Shown here piece after piece: positions 15,768-30,700 of a stretch of 64,000 nucleotides of DNA. Each line of letters opens with the position of its first letter. Position 1 is the first letter of the stretch. The notes beneath the pieces were generated by a model. That model was given only the letters and a program-made list of their open reading frames with translations. It was not told where the DNA came from and did no database searches. The DNA is taken from positions 17,535 through 81,534 of IMG/VR virus record IMGVR_UViG_3300020472_000016; one strand, given 5' to 3'. The translations under genes and the position numbers were made by a program. This DNA comes from a virus.

Positions 15768-18700
15768 ATGTTTGCAAAAACAGTAAATATTTCCGATAGG
15801 GTCGAGAATCAACTTCCCGCCTTTATCAGAGAAGAGGATGAACAATTTGTCAATTTCTTATTTGAGTACTACAAGTCTCAAGAGAAGACAGGTCGTCCAT
15901 ACAATATTCTAAATAATCTTCTTAATTATTTGGACTTAGATGACTATGACCAGAAGGTCTTAGCATCAACTACAGTTCTAATTAAAGACGTTGACCCAAC
16001 AAATACATTAATCGAAGTAGAGTCCATCGATGGATTCATGGATCGTGATGGATCTGTGATGATCGATAATGAAGTAATATATTACGAGAACACAGTTCGT
16101 GGTCCTGATGCTATCCTCACTCCAGGACTATCATTAGAAGAATTTAATAAGAAAAGACAAGAACTAGAAAATCCAATTCAGGAATTTGATGGGGTTAGAA
16201 CTACATTCCCTCTTAATTTCCTAGGTACCCCTGTATCACCTGTTTCTGCTGAACACCTTGCAGTTACAGTTTTTAATGTTAGTCAGGTTCCTGGTGTTGA
16301 TTACTCCATTAGTGGTAGTCAGATTACATTTACTAATCCACCTAGAGCAAGGATCGGTACTGACTCAGTTGGATCATGTCAGATTGTATATTATATCGGT
16401 TTTGCAGATGCTGTCGTTAAGGAATTAACTTATCCTAACGTATTTGATATTGCTGGTGATGATTCTATGGCATTGAGCTATGAGAGTCTTTCATATTCAC
16501 CAATTTCTGAAATTGGTTTGATTGTTAACCGTAATGGTACTCTTCAGCAACCATATATCGACTATGTGTTGACTGACAACAATAGTAAAATTAAGTTTTT
16601 TGTTAATATCACTAATCAGGATAATTTCCATATTCGTTCTATCGAATATGTGTCTGCTTCCTTTGGTACTGGTGCACATGCAGTTACCAGTGTTGGTGTA
16701 AATGGTCAAATTGAGGCAATTAATGTTAAGGAGGGTGGTAAAGGTTATAAACTGAACTTTGCTCCTAAGGTTGCTATCACATCTAGTACCGAAAAAGGTA
16801 CTGGCGCAGCAGCGAGGACGTTAGTTGCTGGAATTAAAGATATAAGATTAATTAATGGAGGTCAAGGTTATACTTCATACAATCCACCGAAGGTTAAGAT
16901 CACACAACCATCCGATATGGTCAATGGATCTGGTGCTACTGCTTCTATTCAGGTAGATGATACAACTGGAACAGTTTCATCTATTAAGATTACTAACTCA
17001 GGTTCTGGATATGACTTTATACCTGCCATTACCTTTGTAAATCCAAGTGGTGCTATTATTACAGATCCTACCATCGATGGTGAGGGTCGTTTAGACGGTG
17101 CATCCATCACAATCACTGATGGTGGTATAGGTTATAGCAATCCACCTGTAATTTACATTGATCCTGCACCTACAGGTGGTATTGATGCTGTTGCTGATTG
17201 TACAGTATCTCCAGATGGTGAAATTGTAGCTGTTAATATCTCAAATAGAGGTCGTGGATACTTAACACCACCTAGAGCAAGAGTTGTGCAACCAATTGGT
17301 GCTCAAGTTTTAGACGTTACGGTTGCGAATGGTAGTGTTACTAATATCAACCTCCTAACTGGTGGTAAAGGATATACAGATGCACCTTCTGTCTACATTG
17401 TAGATGATCGTAAGGGTTCATTAGGTGAAGCAATCGGTGGTACTGGTGCTCAAGCAGCAGCAACTATCTTTAATGGTGAAATTACTGATATTAACATTAT
17501 AAATTTTGGATCTGGTTATTCAGATAGTGAACCACCTAAGATTTACGTTGCAGAACCATTAGCAGCACAGGCATCTTGTGATGTTGGATTTGGTGAAGTC
17601 ACTGGATTTACTATTTTATCATCTGGTAAGGAATACGAACCTTCTTCTCTTAACGGATGTTCTAGAGGAGTATCTGATGTTGTCACTTTTGACAAATACA
17701 ACAACCAGATCTTTGCAAAAGAGTCACAACTTGCTCAGAGTGACCATGTTTCTGGTTCTTCAGTTAAAAACCTTGATTCCCAGATTATTAGTAAGGTATT
17801 TGACAAGTTCCGTCGTCAATACATGCCTACAATCAATATTGACTACACTCAAGTCAATCCGATTCAGGTTATTAAGACAATTAAGGATTTCTACCTTGCT
17901 AAAGGTACGAAAACTGCTGCACAGTACTTATTTAAGATTCTATTTGGTGAAGAAGTCGATATCTTCTATCCTAGAGATGAATTAATCAAACCATCTGATG
18001 CTTCTTGGGTTGTTGACACAATTTTACGTGCTCAACTGATTTCTGGTAACCCTGCTAACTTGACAAATGCTCAATTGGTTCAGGAAGCAGATGTTGTTGA
18101 CCAAAATGTTAAAGATGCATCGGTTTTGATCGAAAATGTCATTTCCATCATCGAAGGAACTGATATCATCTACGAATTAGCAATATCTGAAGAAACTCTG
18201 ACAGGTGTCTTTAAGATTCCTTATAAAACAGGTCTTGTAGAACCATTAACAACTACAGAGAACATAATTACCGTTGACTCGACTATTGGATGGCCCGAAA
18301 AGAACGGAACCATCATTATTAACGATCAAGAGATTGTTCAGTACAAAGAAAAGTCATTAAACCAGTTTATTGAGTGTACTAGGTCTAAAAATGCCATTGT
18401 AGAGGATTGGGATCCTGGCACAATCATTTATTCGGACATTTTCGTCTATGCAAACAAAGGAACTGATGAAGAAGTCAAATTACGTGTTCTAGGTATCGCA
18501 GAAGCGGGTACAACCGTCTTAGAAGACAGTGGTTCCTACTATTTGCCTGGAGATAAGTTAAATGTTGCTGCTTTAGGTTCTACTGCTGATGATGAGCGTC
18601 TACAATCATGGTTATACAACGTTAAGAAGTTAATTAGCGTTACTAGCATCACTCCTGGTGGTCTTAACAACCAAACTGCAACTGTTATTACAGGCAATGC

Positions 18701-21700
18701 CCATGGTTTGCTTGTAGAAGACAAAGTTACCATTTATGGTGCAAACCCTGCTGTCTATAACGGTACATTTGAGGTTACTGCTCGTCTAGACGACTATTCG
18801 TTCTCTTATAGTATACCTACCCCAATGACTATTGTCCCACAGGGTAATATACTACTTTCTGTTGACCTGAACCGTGGTAAATCCTCAGTATCAACTATTA
18901 ATGAGGTAATTTCACTATTCACCTCTAACGTACAGAACTCTTTCTTTAATAACGATTACGTTTACGTTGCTGCCTCTGGATTGCCCAACTATAAGGTTGG
19001 TCCTTTCACTGGGTCTGCTATGATTCCAGGAAACCAGCGTAAACTGCTTCGTTTCCCTAGAACAGTCTCTACAATCTCCACAAGAACAGAAGTTGCTCCA
19101 AATAGTCCAATTGGATCATGGGTTAACGGTGTTTCTGCCTGGTCTTACAAATCTTCCGAGTTTGTTACTTTTGGTCCTCTAACTGGTATCAATATCAATA
19201 GTGGTGGTGAAGATTATGATGCTGGATCAAAACCAGCACTAGAAATCACTGGTGGTGGCGGTACAGGTGCTTTAGCGACTGTAACCGTTAATGGATCACT
19301 CGATTCAGTCGAAGTTACTGCAGAAGGTACTGGATATACAGAACAACCCCTAATTTCGATTGTTGGAGGTGGTGGTACTGGTGCTACTGCTCAAGCTGTT
19401 GTTACTAACGGTAGAGTAACAAGAATTCTTGTAGAAAACCCAGGAACTGGATATACTGCTCAACCTACTATATCAATCACTGGTGGAAACGGTGCTGGTG
19501 CCCTCGCTGTTGCCTCTGTAAGAGGTCCAATCAGTGCAGTGACCCTATCTAACTCTGGATCAGGATATACCTCAAAACCGACCATTAAACTGAACTCTGG
19601 TGAAGGTGCATTAGCACAACCCATCGTTATCAATGGTAGAATCGTATCTATCGCTATTATTAACTCTGGAGATGCCTATACTTCAGCACCTAAGGTTTAT
19701 ATCAATGGTGATGGATTTGGTGCTCAAGCAACTGCTATTATTGGAACAATTGGTGAAGATAAAGGTAAAGTAATCTCAGTATCCATTACTAACAAGGGTG
19801 TTGGTTATACCCAAGGTATGACATCCGTTAGAATGGAAGCAATCGGTCAATTAGCAACATTTGCTGCTGATGTGTACCAATGGAGAAAGAATGTTGAGTA
19901 TGACTTATCATCTAAGTATGACGTTGCTCGTGGATACGTATTTACGGGATTTAATAACCAATACGGTGGCGAATACGCTCATGTCTCAGATCCTAAGGAA
20001 CTACGTTATGTAGTTGGTGATAATGTATTCTTAAATCCTGCCACACAGAATTTCCAAGAAGTTCCATCAAATATCGAACACTCTCCTATCATTGGATGGG
20101 CATTTGATGGTAACCCAATTTATGGTCCTTATGGTTACATTGATCCAACAGATCAGAACAGTGGCATTCGAAGAATGCGTTCCTCTTACACTTTAAAATC
20201 AGAAGTTGTATATGATATTGACACCAACCCCACTCCAGCTAGAACTGACGGCCCAGCTCTTGCCACATATCCTGCTGGTAATTTCATCAACGATTATAAG
20301 TACACCTTCCAACAAGGAGATCTAGACCCTTACAATGGACGTTTCTGTAAGACTCCAGATTATCCTGCTGGTACATATGCATACTTTGTAACGATTGACG
20401 AGTCAGATGCTGGTATTCCAGTATTCCCTTATGTTATTGGTCCTGAGTACAACTCTGTTGTTGACACATGGAACCTTTCACTTAGTGCTGTACAGGAGAA
20501 CATTCCTGCAGACGTTGCACGTTTCAGAGATCCATATACTAACGTTGATATCGATATTGATCGTCAACCTAACCAAGAATCTGATTCATTTGTAACTGAG
20601 AAGGAAGGAGACCTTCTTATCTTCGAAATTGAGGATATAGACGGTGATGCTATCATTTCACCTTCTGAAATTGCTAATGAGCAAGCTATAACTGAGGAAG
20701 CTGCTCTAGAAATCTATGATTACTTCCCAAGTGTCTCTACTGAGTCAAGAGTTGACATCGAAGTTGATACAACGACTAAATTCGAGAATGCAAGGATTGA
20801 TGGATTTGTTGTAGAGAATGCTGGTTCTTCTTATCAGGTAAATGACACTTTATACTTTGATAATACAGGAACCGACGGTTTTGGTGCTTCTGCTATCATT
20901 GAGTCTGTACAGGGACGTACTATTAATGGATATCAGAAAGAAATCATTAATGACATCTCATATGGTAAAATTACGACTGCAACTGAGCACGAGTTAGTAG
21001 CACAGGATGAGATCATCGTTAATTCGAGAGTTATCACTGATAACACGAATAAGCGTTTCTATATGTCTGTTGTAACAGGTATCGAAGATATTACCGTTAC
21101 TCAAGTTGGTATTGGTTATAATACTCAACTTCCACCGACATATGAGATTATTACCTCTCAAGGACAGGATATTAACTTTAATATCATCCTAGACGAGACT
21201 ACAGGTAAAGTTGGTGAAGTTAACATCATTAACTCTGGTTATGGGTATGATGTAGACAATCCACCTCAAATTAGGGTTTCACATCCTCAACAATACAAGA
21301 AAACTTACTATTGGTTGTCTGAGTACTATGAAGCTGCTGGAAGTATAGAAATATTCGATATTGTAATGGCAACTGACCGTTACATGTATGTTTGTGGTGA
21401 ATTAACTCAAACTAATGGTGATACTGCTGCATTCCTTGCTAAGTTCACCGATTTGGGTGTAATGGTCTGGGATAGAACCCTTCTACCTAGTGCATCTATT
21501 AAGAAGGCACGTTGGAAGTCTATTTACCTTGATGAGACATCTGAAGAGAATAATCTTCTGTATATGATTGGTGAAACCGAATCTCAAGGTACTGCGACAT
21601 ATAATCCAGATATTTTGATTGCTAAGTACGAATCTGGGTTTGATAACTCTAATGCACCTGAAGGTATTGTTAGATGGCAGAAAGAGATCGCTGGTGTCTC

Positions 21701-24700
21701 TGGTGCAGCACGTAGAGACTATGCTGGTGACATCTTCATGGATGACGAGCAAAGAGTCTATATTTGTGGTTGGACAGACACTAATGCTGTAGATGCCTAT
21801 GATATTTGGGTTATGCAGCTCAATAACACTGGTGATGTTGTTGAGAAGAGAAAATTCGCTTCTAATAGCGAAGGTGAGAGAATGGAGCAACTCCATTACA
21901 TCGGAAACAACAAGATGCTCTGGTGTGGTGTTGATCAGGACAATAATGACCTCATATTCGGTGAAATGGAGTACGATGGTGCTAACATCGAACTCAACTA
22001 TGTTAAGAGACTTGCTATAAGTGGTGGTGACGTAAAACGTCCTCGTTTCCAGATTGATGAGTATAACGATCTCTTCTTTATCTGCGATATGTGGAATGGA
22101 ACCAAATTCTATGGTTGTTCCTTCCTTAAGATTGCTTTAAATCAACTTTCCACAAACCCAACAACTCCTGAGTACTATTTCTCTAAGACTATCCAACCTA
22201 GTGGTAATTTTGAGTCTATTAATCATGCAGGACTCAGTATTGATGTATTTGGTAACGTTAGTATCGCTACTGATGTTAAGTACAGTGATAATGACTTACA
22301 AGCGGTTGTTATGTCGTTTAAGTACGATGGAACCCTTCTTAAGAGTACTAATATTAAGGATACTGATGATATTGGATTTAAGACAAGAAATCATATTGTA
22401 GATAACTCTGGTGATGTTATTATTGCTGCTAATAAGCAGAAACCAATTCAGACAGTAGTCAATCGTTTTGATTCTGCACCTATCTCCTTTGCTGGTGATA
22501 TTGCTTCTGGTGCTGCAACTGTTACTAATGTAAGTAATGCTACTAGTCTTGCAACTGGAGATGTTGTCTCAATCACCAGTGGTGCTGGATCAGTAACCCT
22601 TGCTGCTGGTGTAAAAGTTCTAACAGCAACTGGAACTACAGTAACTTTAGACACTAATTTCGGTGGTAGTGGATCTGCCACAGGTGCTATCCTTTCTGCA
22701 GTAGATGTTAGTGGTCTTATAGAAGATAGTAGTAAGCAAGCAAATACAACTGCTACCTTCTCAGATGTAACTAAAGTCATGCATAACACTGCAGACTATA
22801 AGTTTGGTAGTGGGTCACTTAAGTTCTCTGGTGGTCCAACCTATATGAAGCATGCTGGTGCAGGTCTAACAAGTAATTGGACTGCTTCTGTATGGAGTTT
22901 GATGGAAGCATCTCATGCTTCTAACAACCCTAAAGTTGAGATGATCACTATTGATGATGCTTTAGGAAACGGTATAGTAGTAACAGTAGATGGTAATGCT
23001 GCTAGTGGTAACTTAGGTAAGATCGAAATGACCATCGCACCTCAGGGTGGTGGTGGATCAACTATTGCTTCTGTTGGATCTACTTATTGGACAACTTTAC
23101 AAGATAGTGCATTCCACCATTGGGCAGTAGTTAAAGAGACACCTTCTCTTGGTTCTTACACCTACTCTGTTTATTTTGACGGTGTTCAGGTATGTACAGC
23201 AACTGTTGCAACTGAAATTGGTCTTAATGATCTTTATATTGGTGCTAATAAGACTTCACCTGCTACTGGTAACTGCTTCTTAGGTAGTATCGATGATGTA
23301 GTTATCGAACCTAACTCAGTCTTTACTGGTGCTTCATTTACACTACCAACAACTCAATTTGCTATTACCTCTAATAATTCTCAACTCAATCTAATCAAAT
23401 TTGATAGATTACATGATAAGAGAGGTGCTTATAGTGCATTCCCATCAACAACATATACTAAGGCATTAACATTTACAGAGACTAGTGGAATCAATGTTAA
23501 CAATCTTACTAATCCTGTAATCACAGTTTGGGCAGAAGGTTCCTCTGGTTTACAGATCCTTGACATGTCAGATACTATATCAACTCTGGCACCAGGAACT
23601 TATACATTTACCAATGCAACTCATCAATTTGCTTCTAAGACCTCTACAGTACCTTCACCATTAGGTGTAAAACTAAAAGTAGATGCTATTGTCATACCGA
23701 AGTACTATGTTAGAGATGCTGGATTCCAGAAGATTGATAACGTATTAGAATTCCAATTTAACCAAGATGTCAGGTTTACTAAGGGAACTATACTACAGCA
23801 GTATAATTCTCAGGGTGTTGTACAGGCATATGGTACTATTGTTGAGGTTCCAACTGGTACTCTAGATGAACCAGGATTGGGTGATAAGTATAAGATTGGT
23901 AAGATGTTTGGTAACTTTAATGATACCGATCTCTTTAAGAACAATACAGGTGAAGAAAATATAATTAAAGACGTAATTTTCCAGCCAGAACGGGCACAGG
24001 CCGAATGGTTAACTGCTACAGCATATACCACAGATGATCAGGTTTGGAGTGATGGTAAGATCTATAAAGCAACTAATACTGCTACTTCTGGTGCTACTGC
24101 TCCTACCCATGAGATTGGTAACGTAACTGACGGTTCAGTTATATGGCAATACATCAGTGCTGCTGGTCCTATAGAAGTTGCACTAATAGATCATCCATGG
24201 CCAGTTCCTTCCGAACCACTATGGCAAGCAACTAAATCTTATGCTCTTAATGACTTAGTTTACTTTGGTAGACAGAAGTATAAGTGTACAACTGCTGGTG
24301 TAACAGGATCTGTTGCTCCTACTCATACTAGTGGTACTGCTACTGATGGTACTGTGGTCTGGACATGGCAGTCTCAATATGATTCTATACATGCTTATGC
24401 TAGATTCCGTCCATATGATGCTGGTGATTATAAGGTTAAGATCCTAGAAGTCTATAGTGGATCTGACTTTATAGTTGGTGACGTTATCTCACTTGGTGGA
24501 TCTGTAACTACTGGTCCTAAAGAAGGTGATCCTAAGATTGGTCAAATTAATGGTGTAACTACTGTTAAGAAGGTAGAATATGTTGTAAATCTAGATAAGG
24601 ACATTATTAGAAGTGCTAATACACGTACTGACCTTATCTACTGTCAAGCACTATCTCCTCATAGGTTCCTTGCTGGAGATATCCTCTTTGTAGAAGGATT

Positions 24701-27700
24701 TACTACTGCACAGTTTAATGGTTCATTCTTCGTAGAAGAAGTGTTCTCTTCTAGAGACTTCCTCTATAGAATGAGAAATGCTGCTGATAGTGAACCAGTA
24801 TTCTACAATAATGCAATATTTAACGTTAAGATATCATCCAAGCACCCAACATTGATGTTGGTAAGGAATCACTCTTACGTTTTTGATATGAGTGATGCTT
24901 CCAACTTTGGATACTTCCTATCATTCTCCCAAGACAACCAGTTTAAACTTGAGTACTCATTTAACGTTATTGAGAGATCTGGAACTCCTGGTTTGTCCTC
25001 TAACACCGAGACTCCTATAGTCAACTTTACAATCGGTGGTGAAGTTACAAATATCACGTACTATTTTGATCCAAGCCGAACATTATCCTCTAACTCCCCA
25101 GTAGGCACCAACTCCTTCATTGACGTTATTAAGACACCATATGACGGAACATTTAAGATTGCTGAGGTTATAAGTGAGACTGAATTCAGATTCCCACTAG
25201 AAATCGAACCAGAATTTAATAATGCTGAAATTGGTTTAGATGATCAAGATAACCCCAATTCCTACTATTCTACAACGTCTACGAAGGCAATTGGACCAAT
25301 TAACACTATTAAGTTGATCTCTCCAGGTGGATTCTATAGGAAGCTACCAATTATCTCTGATATTGCTTCAGATCGTAAGATTGAGAAGATTAAGATCAAG
25401 AATGGTGGTACTGAGTATGCTGTTGGGGTATATACTCAAGTTCCTATTATTGGTGATGGTGAAGGTGGTCTTTGTATCATTACCGTCGAACTTGATGTAG
25501 AAACCAATTCTGGTACTATAACTGATGTTAATTTAACTGATCCAGGCAAAGGATATACATTTGGATCGATTGATGTTGATGGTATTACAGGAATCTTAGG
25601 ATCTACCCTATCTGGTTCTGGTGGTGAATTAGATGTCGTTATACCTGATGAAGGTACAGGTGCTTCTGTATTCTTAACTGGTACAGAGATTGGTAAGATC
25701 AAAACTCTTAAAAACAATGAATTTGGTTATGGTTACTCTCATGACTATACTTTACGTCCTGAGATTGCATTCCCAGTCAACTTACAACTCTTTAACACCT
25801 CAATTCTCTCTGAGATCAAAATAACTGACCCAGGTGCTGGATATACCTCTGCACCAGTTGTAGTCATCTCTGGTGGTGGTGGATTAGGTGCTGATGCAGA
25901 AGCAATTGTTAAAAACAACAGATTGTCTGAAATCATTGTTAAAGACCCAGGTGCTGGATATAGTTCTCAACCAAGTGTTTTACTTAAGTCAGAATTTACA
26001 TATGTTGTTAACTTAGACCTCAATTACTTACAGTTTAACTTCCCTCATGGTATAACCACTGGTGCTGCTATTCAGTTCCGTGCAGAGGATATTGGTAGTG
26101 ATGTTGGTGAATTACCAAAACCAAGTAGTGTTGGTTTGACTTCATTGTCATCCACAACAATATACTATGCTATTGCTGGTAACGTTGCTGGTTTAGAATC
26201 TGACCAGTTGAGATTTGCTTTAACACCTGCTGATTCTGAATCAGGTAACTATATTACTTTCTTAACACAAGGTAATGGTAGACAGGTGCTATTAACCGAG
26301 GTATTCGGTGGTAAAGCAGAAGCAGTCGTAGAAACTTCTAGATTCTTAGAATCTGAAGAAGTATTCCAAGGTGAGACCTATGAATTGGCAAATGCCTTCG
26401 GTACTGTATCAACTAACGATGGTTGGCAGATTGGACCTAAGATTCTTAAGGTTGTTAATCCTAAGGGTGTTTTTGTCAAGGGTGGTAAGGTTCAGGGTGT
26501 AATTTCTAGAGCATCTGGTATTATCGATAATGTACAGATTGCTAAGGGTATTCTAAACATTGATGCTATCACTAAGACCTCTGGTAGGTTTATTGATGAC
26601 GTTGGTAAGCCTTCTGAGATTGTACAGAAGATTCAGGACTCTTACTTCTATCAGAACTTCTCATACGTTATTAAGTCCCAAATTCCGATCAACCGTTGGA
26701 AGAAACAGATATTAGAGAATAACCACCCAGCTGGCTTTAATATGTTCGGTCAGTTGGAATTAACGGGCGGTAAGGACATCTCAGGCCGAAAAATTGGTAC
26801 TGAGTTTACTAAGCAGGTAAACATAGATGAATACACGAATGTTAACCAAATTACGTCCTTTGGTGCTGCTCAACCGATCTATTCTACCTTTAACAACTCT
26901 GAAGTTTTATTCAGGAAGAAAAGACTAACAAACTCCGAGGAAATTCTAACTTCTATCGTTAAGAAGATTGATAGCATTTCTGATCAGTTTGATGGTGCTA
27001 CAAAGGCATTTAACCTTACTGTAGAAGGTGATCAGGTTATTATTAAAGAAAATCAGATGTTGGTCACCTTAAACGGTGTTATCCAATCTCCTGGTGAAGC
27101 ATATCAAATTGTTGGTAATCAGATCGTATTTGCTGAAGCACCACGTCCTGATTCTAAAGTTATCTACAGAAATGTCGATATTACCGTTTTACCGATTAAG
27201 AGACTTAACTTAACTCAGATTGGTGGTATTTTCCCACAAATCGGTGATATCATCACATCTAAGTTTAATAACGTTAACTCAAGTGCTAAAGTCATTGATA
27301 CTAGTACTAATACTGTTGATATCATCCAAATCATCGGTACAACGTTTGTAAACAACGCTAGAGTCGATGTAAGTAGAACTGGGTTCAGTGCGTTCATTGG
27401 AAGCATCGATGACGTTAATCAGTCAACTATTTTCGAATTTGGCGAAACAGTTACTAAAGTTGATCTAGCTGGCGAAACAGCAATTATAGAAGAGACAAAC
27501 CTCGATTTAGATGGTAATCTCGATAATAGTCTTGTACTTTCCAAAACTTCTGGTACTGCACAGTATGAAACTGGTGCTTACAACATTTTACTCAATGATG
27601 TCATATATTCGGCAGGATCGAAGATTGCAGCTCAAGTAACTGGAATTTCACCTTATAGAGACCCAGTTACCTCTATTAACCTTGCACAAGCAGTTGCATT

Positions 27701-30700
27701 CGAAGAAGACCAATTAATCACTGGTGGAAGTTCTGGTGCTCAAGCACTAGTTGTTAGAGTGGATGCAGAAGCTAATCCACCTGTTCTTTACTATGTTAAG
27801 AAAAATACCCCCGATTTCGTAGATGGAGAAACAGTAACTAACCAAAATGCTGTTAATGGAGTTATATCGGGTGAACCTAAGGTTGGGGACGTTGTAGACA
27901 CTTTAATCATCAACAAAGGTTCTTCATTCTTTGGATTGGTCTTTGAGCGTCTTATTTCACTTTCTAACCAGAATGTCATCCTAGATAACATTTCAGAGAC
28001 TACAATTAGTCCTGTTGAGTTAAACAATGCAGCAAATCGTATTAACGCTGATTTCTTGGATTATGAAGAAGTTCGTTCTACAGAGATCGAATATAGCGGA
28101 TTAAGTGGTGGTTCACTTGCCGTTAACGATGTTATCCGTTCTATCAACGTAACTTATGGTAACCCTGTAACTGACGCACTTAACAGATATAAGGATGCTG
28201 CTAGAAGTATAAGAAATAATAGACAAGAAATTATCGATTTTGCAACATCACAGATTGCAATTGACTATCCTGGTTTCTACCACACTGGTGACAATCAAAT
28301 TGCCCAAATGGGTAGATTTAAGGATGCTTATCGTTTAATCCAGAAGAATAAGGAATGGATCATTGCTAAGTCTTATGATGAGATGATTACTCAATATCCT
28401 GGTACTACTATTCCTAGTGCTACTAAGTGTAAGAGAGACCTTGGATATTTCATCGATGCTCTATCCAGAGACACAGGATGGGGTGGAACAGTCTATACAC
28501 GTAAATTGTGTAATATGTTCTTCCCAGATGGATCTACCTTCCAATACGTTAATTCTCAAGCTAATGAGATTAACTATGGTTATGGTAAGGCATATGATCA
28601 TATGGTCGAAGCACTTACTAACACATTAAGTGGTTCTGAGACAATCGATTCTGTTGCATATACGAAGTATAATGAACAATCTACAGGCGGTTCTGGTGGA
28701 TCAGGAATTACTGCTGACCCATCTCCAGGAGATAACTACGGTACTTCTGGTTCTAACGCCACCAATAATGGTCCTAATAATTGTGCTGATGTTACAGCAG
28801 CACTGAACACTCTTTGGACTAATGTATCAGAGGTAATACTCTCTGCTTCTTTAACTGACCTTATTGATCTTTCACAACCTGTTGCACTAACACCATTAGA
28901 AACTAAGTGTACTCGTGACACTGGTTACTTCATCGATGCTATTGCTGATGACCTAGATGGTGATGGTAACTATTATATGGTTGAGTTCACTAAGAAGTTC
29001 TTTAATACTGACGGTGTATTCATAGGTCTTCCAGAAACACAGGAAGCAATTACAGCATTTAATGCTGCTAAGGATCTGTGTAAGAATGCAATGAGAAATA
29101 TCATGTATGAGCAAACACTTGCTACTGCTGGATATAACCTCAATGATCCTACAACATATTCTGCACCTTACTTAAACAGTTCTTCTACTGCCCAATATTA
29201 CGATCCTAACTACTCTTCAGGTAGTAACCAAGGTGGTACTAATTGTGCAAACGTAGCAACTGCTATTGACACATTAGCAAATATTGCAACTACTTCCTTC
29301 ACAGGTGCTCAATTTACACCATCTGCTGCATCATACACTGCTGCTACTGGTGACTTAATTCTAACAATTGGATCACATAGTTTGACAACTGCTGATACCG
29401 TTAGGATAGAACCTAATTCATTGACATTCACTTGTGCGATGGACGGCAATACTGCCAATAAGACATATCCTCGTTCTAGTGACCCAACCTACAACCAGCA
29501 GATTGCAATTACTGCTGTAGGTGCTACAACTATTACTGTTAACGTCGGTGCATCACCTATTGTTAACCACACAGTAACTGGTGCTACTTACGACCCAGTA
29601 TCAGGTGTCATGGTATTGACCATTGGTGCTCATACTTTAGGAGTTGGGGAAAGTATTAAGATTGCTACTGGATCATTAACCTTTAGTTGTGATCAGGGTG
29701 GTACTGTTGGAACTGGAACTTATCCTCGTTCTACTGGAGCAAGTACTGGCGACGGTGAGGACTATGCATACGACACCGCTATAGAAATTACCGCCAAGAC
29801 TGATACTACAATCACTGTTAACGTTAACGGTGGACAGGGTGCTGTTACTAACACCAATGCACATACATTTGTATCTGCTACACCTAACGGTATACAGAGT
29901 GGTGGTAACTATACACACACCTTTGTTTCTGCTGGTACTAACTCAGTATCTGAGGGTGGTGGTCTTGCATATATTAATTCACTCGCTACTGTTACCGATG
30001 GTACTTACGAGGAAGGTGAGAACATAAGGGTTTATAAGTTTGCTTATAAGGATAGAGCTGGACTTGGATTCTTTACTCCTGGTGATACCATTAAGGGTCA
30101 TAAGTCTGAAGCAAACTTCTCATGTAAGGGTGCTAACTCTGGATTACGTTGGCTCTATACTAATGCTCTAACTGGTACATTCCAGAACAGAGAGTATATT
30201 ACAAATACAAAACTTACAAATGTTGCTGGTGCATCTAACGTTACTGTTACACCAACAAACGCAACCTATGATGCTGCTACTGGACATTTAACAATAACAG
30301 TTGCTGCTCATGGATTCTCTACAGGTAATGAAGTTTCTATTGCTGCAAATGCAATTAGATTTACTTGTGGTATGGATGCTAATGCTACTCAGCATGATTA
30401 TCCAAGACTTACTGACCCTGTTGCTAATAATGTTAGATTACCTATCATTAAGACAACAGCAAGTACATTTACTGTAAACGTTGGTTCATCTCCACTTAAG
30501 CATTACACACCAACTGGTGTTGATTATCAACCAGATACAGGTGTAATGTCAATTACCATTGGACCTAACAATCTTAACGTTGGTGAGAAGATTAGATTTA
30601 AGCCAGAGTCATTAGTATTCACATGTGACCAAGATGGTAACCAAACAGAGCATGCTTATCCAAGAAGTTCTGACCCATTCTATAATACTTCATGTAACAT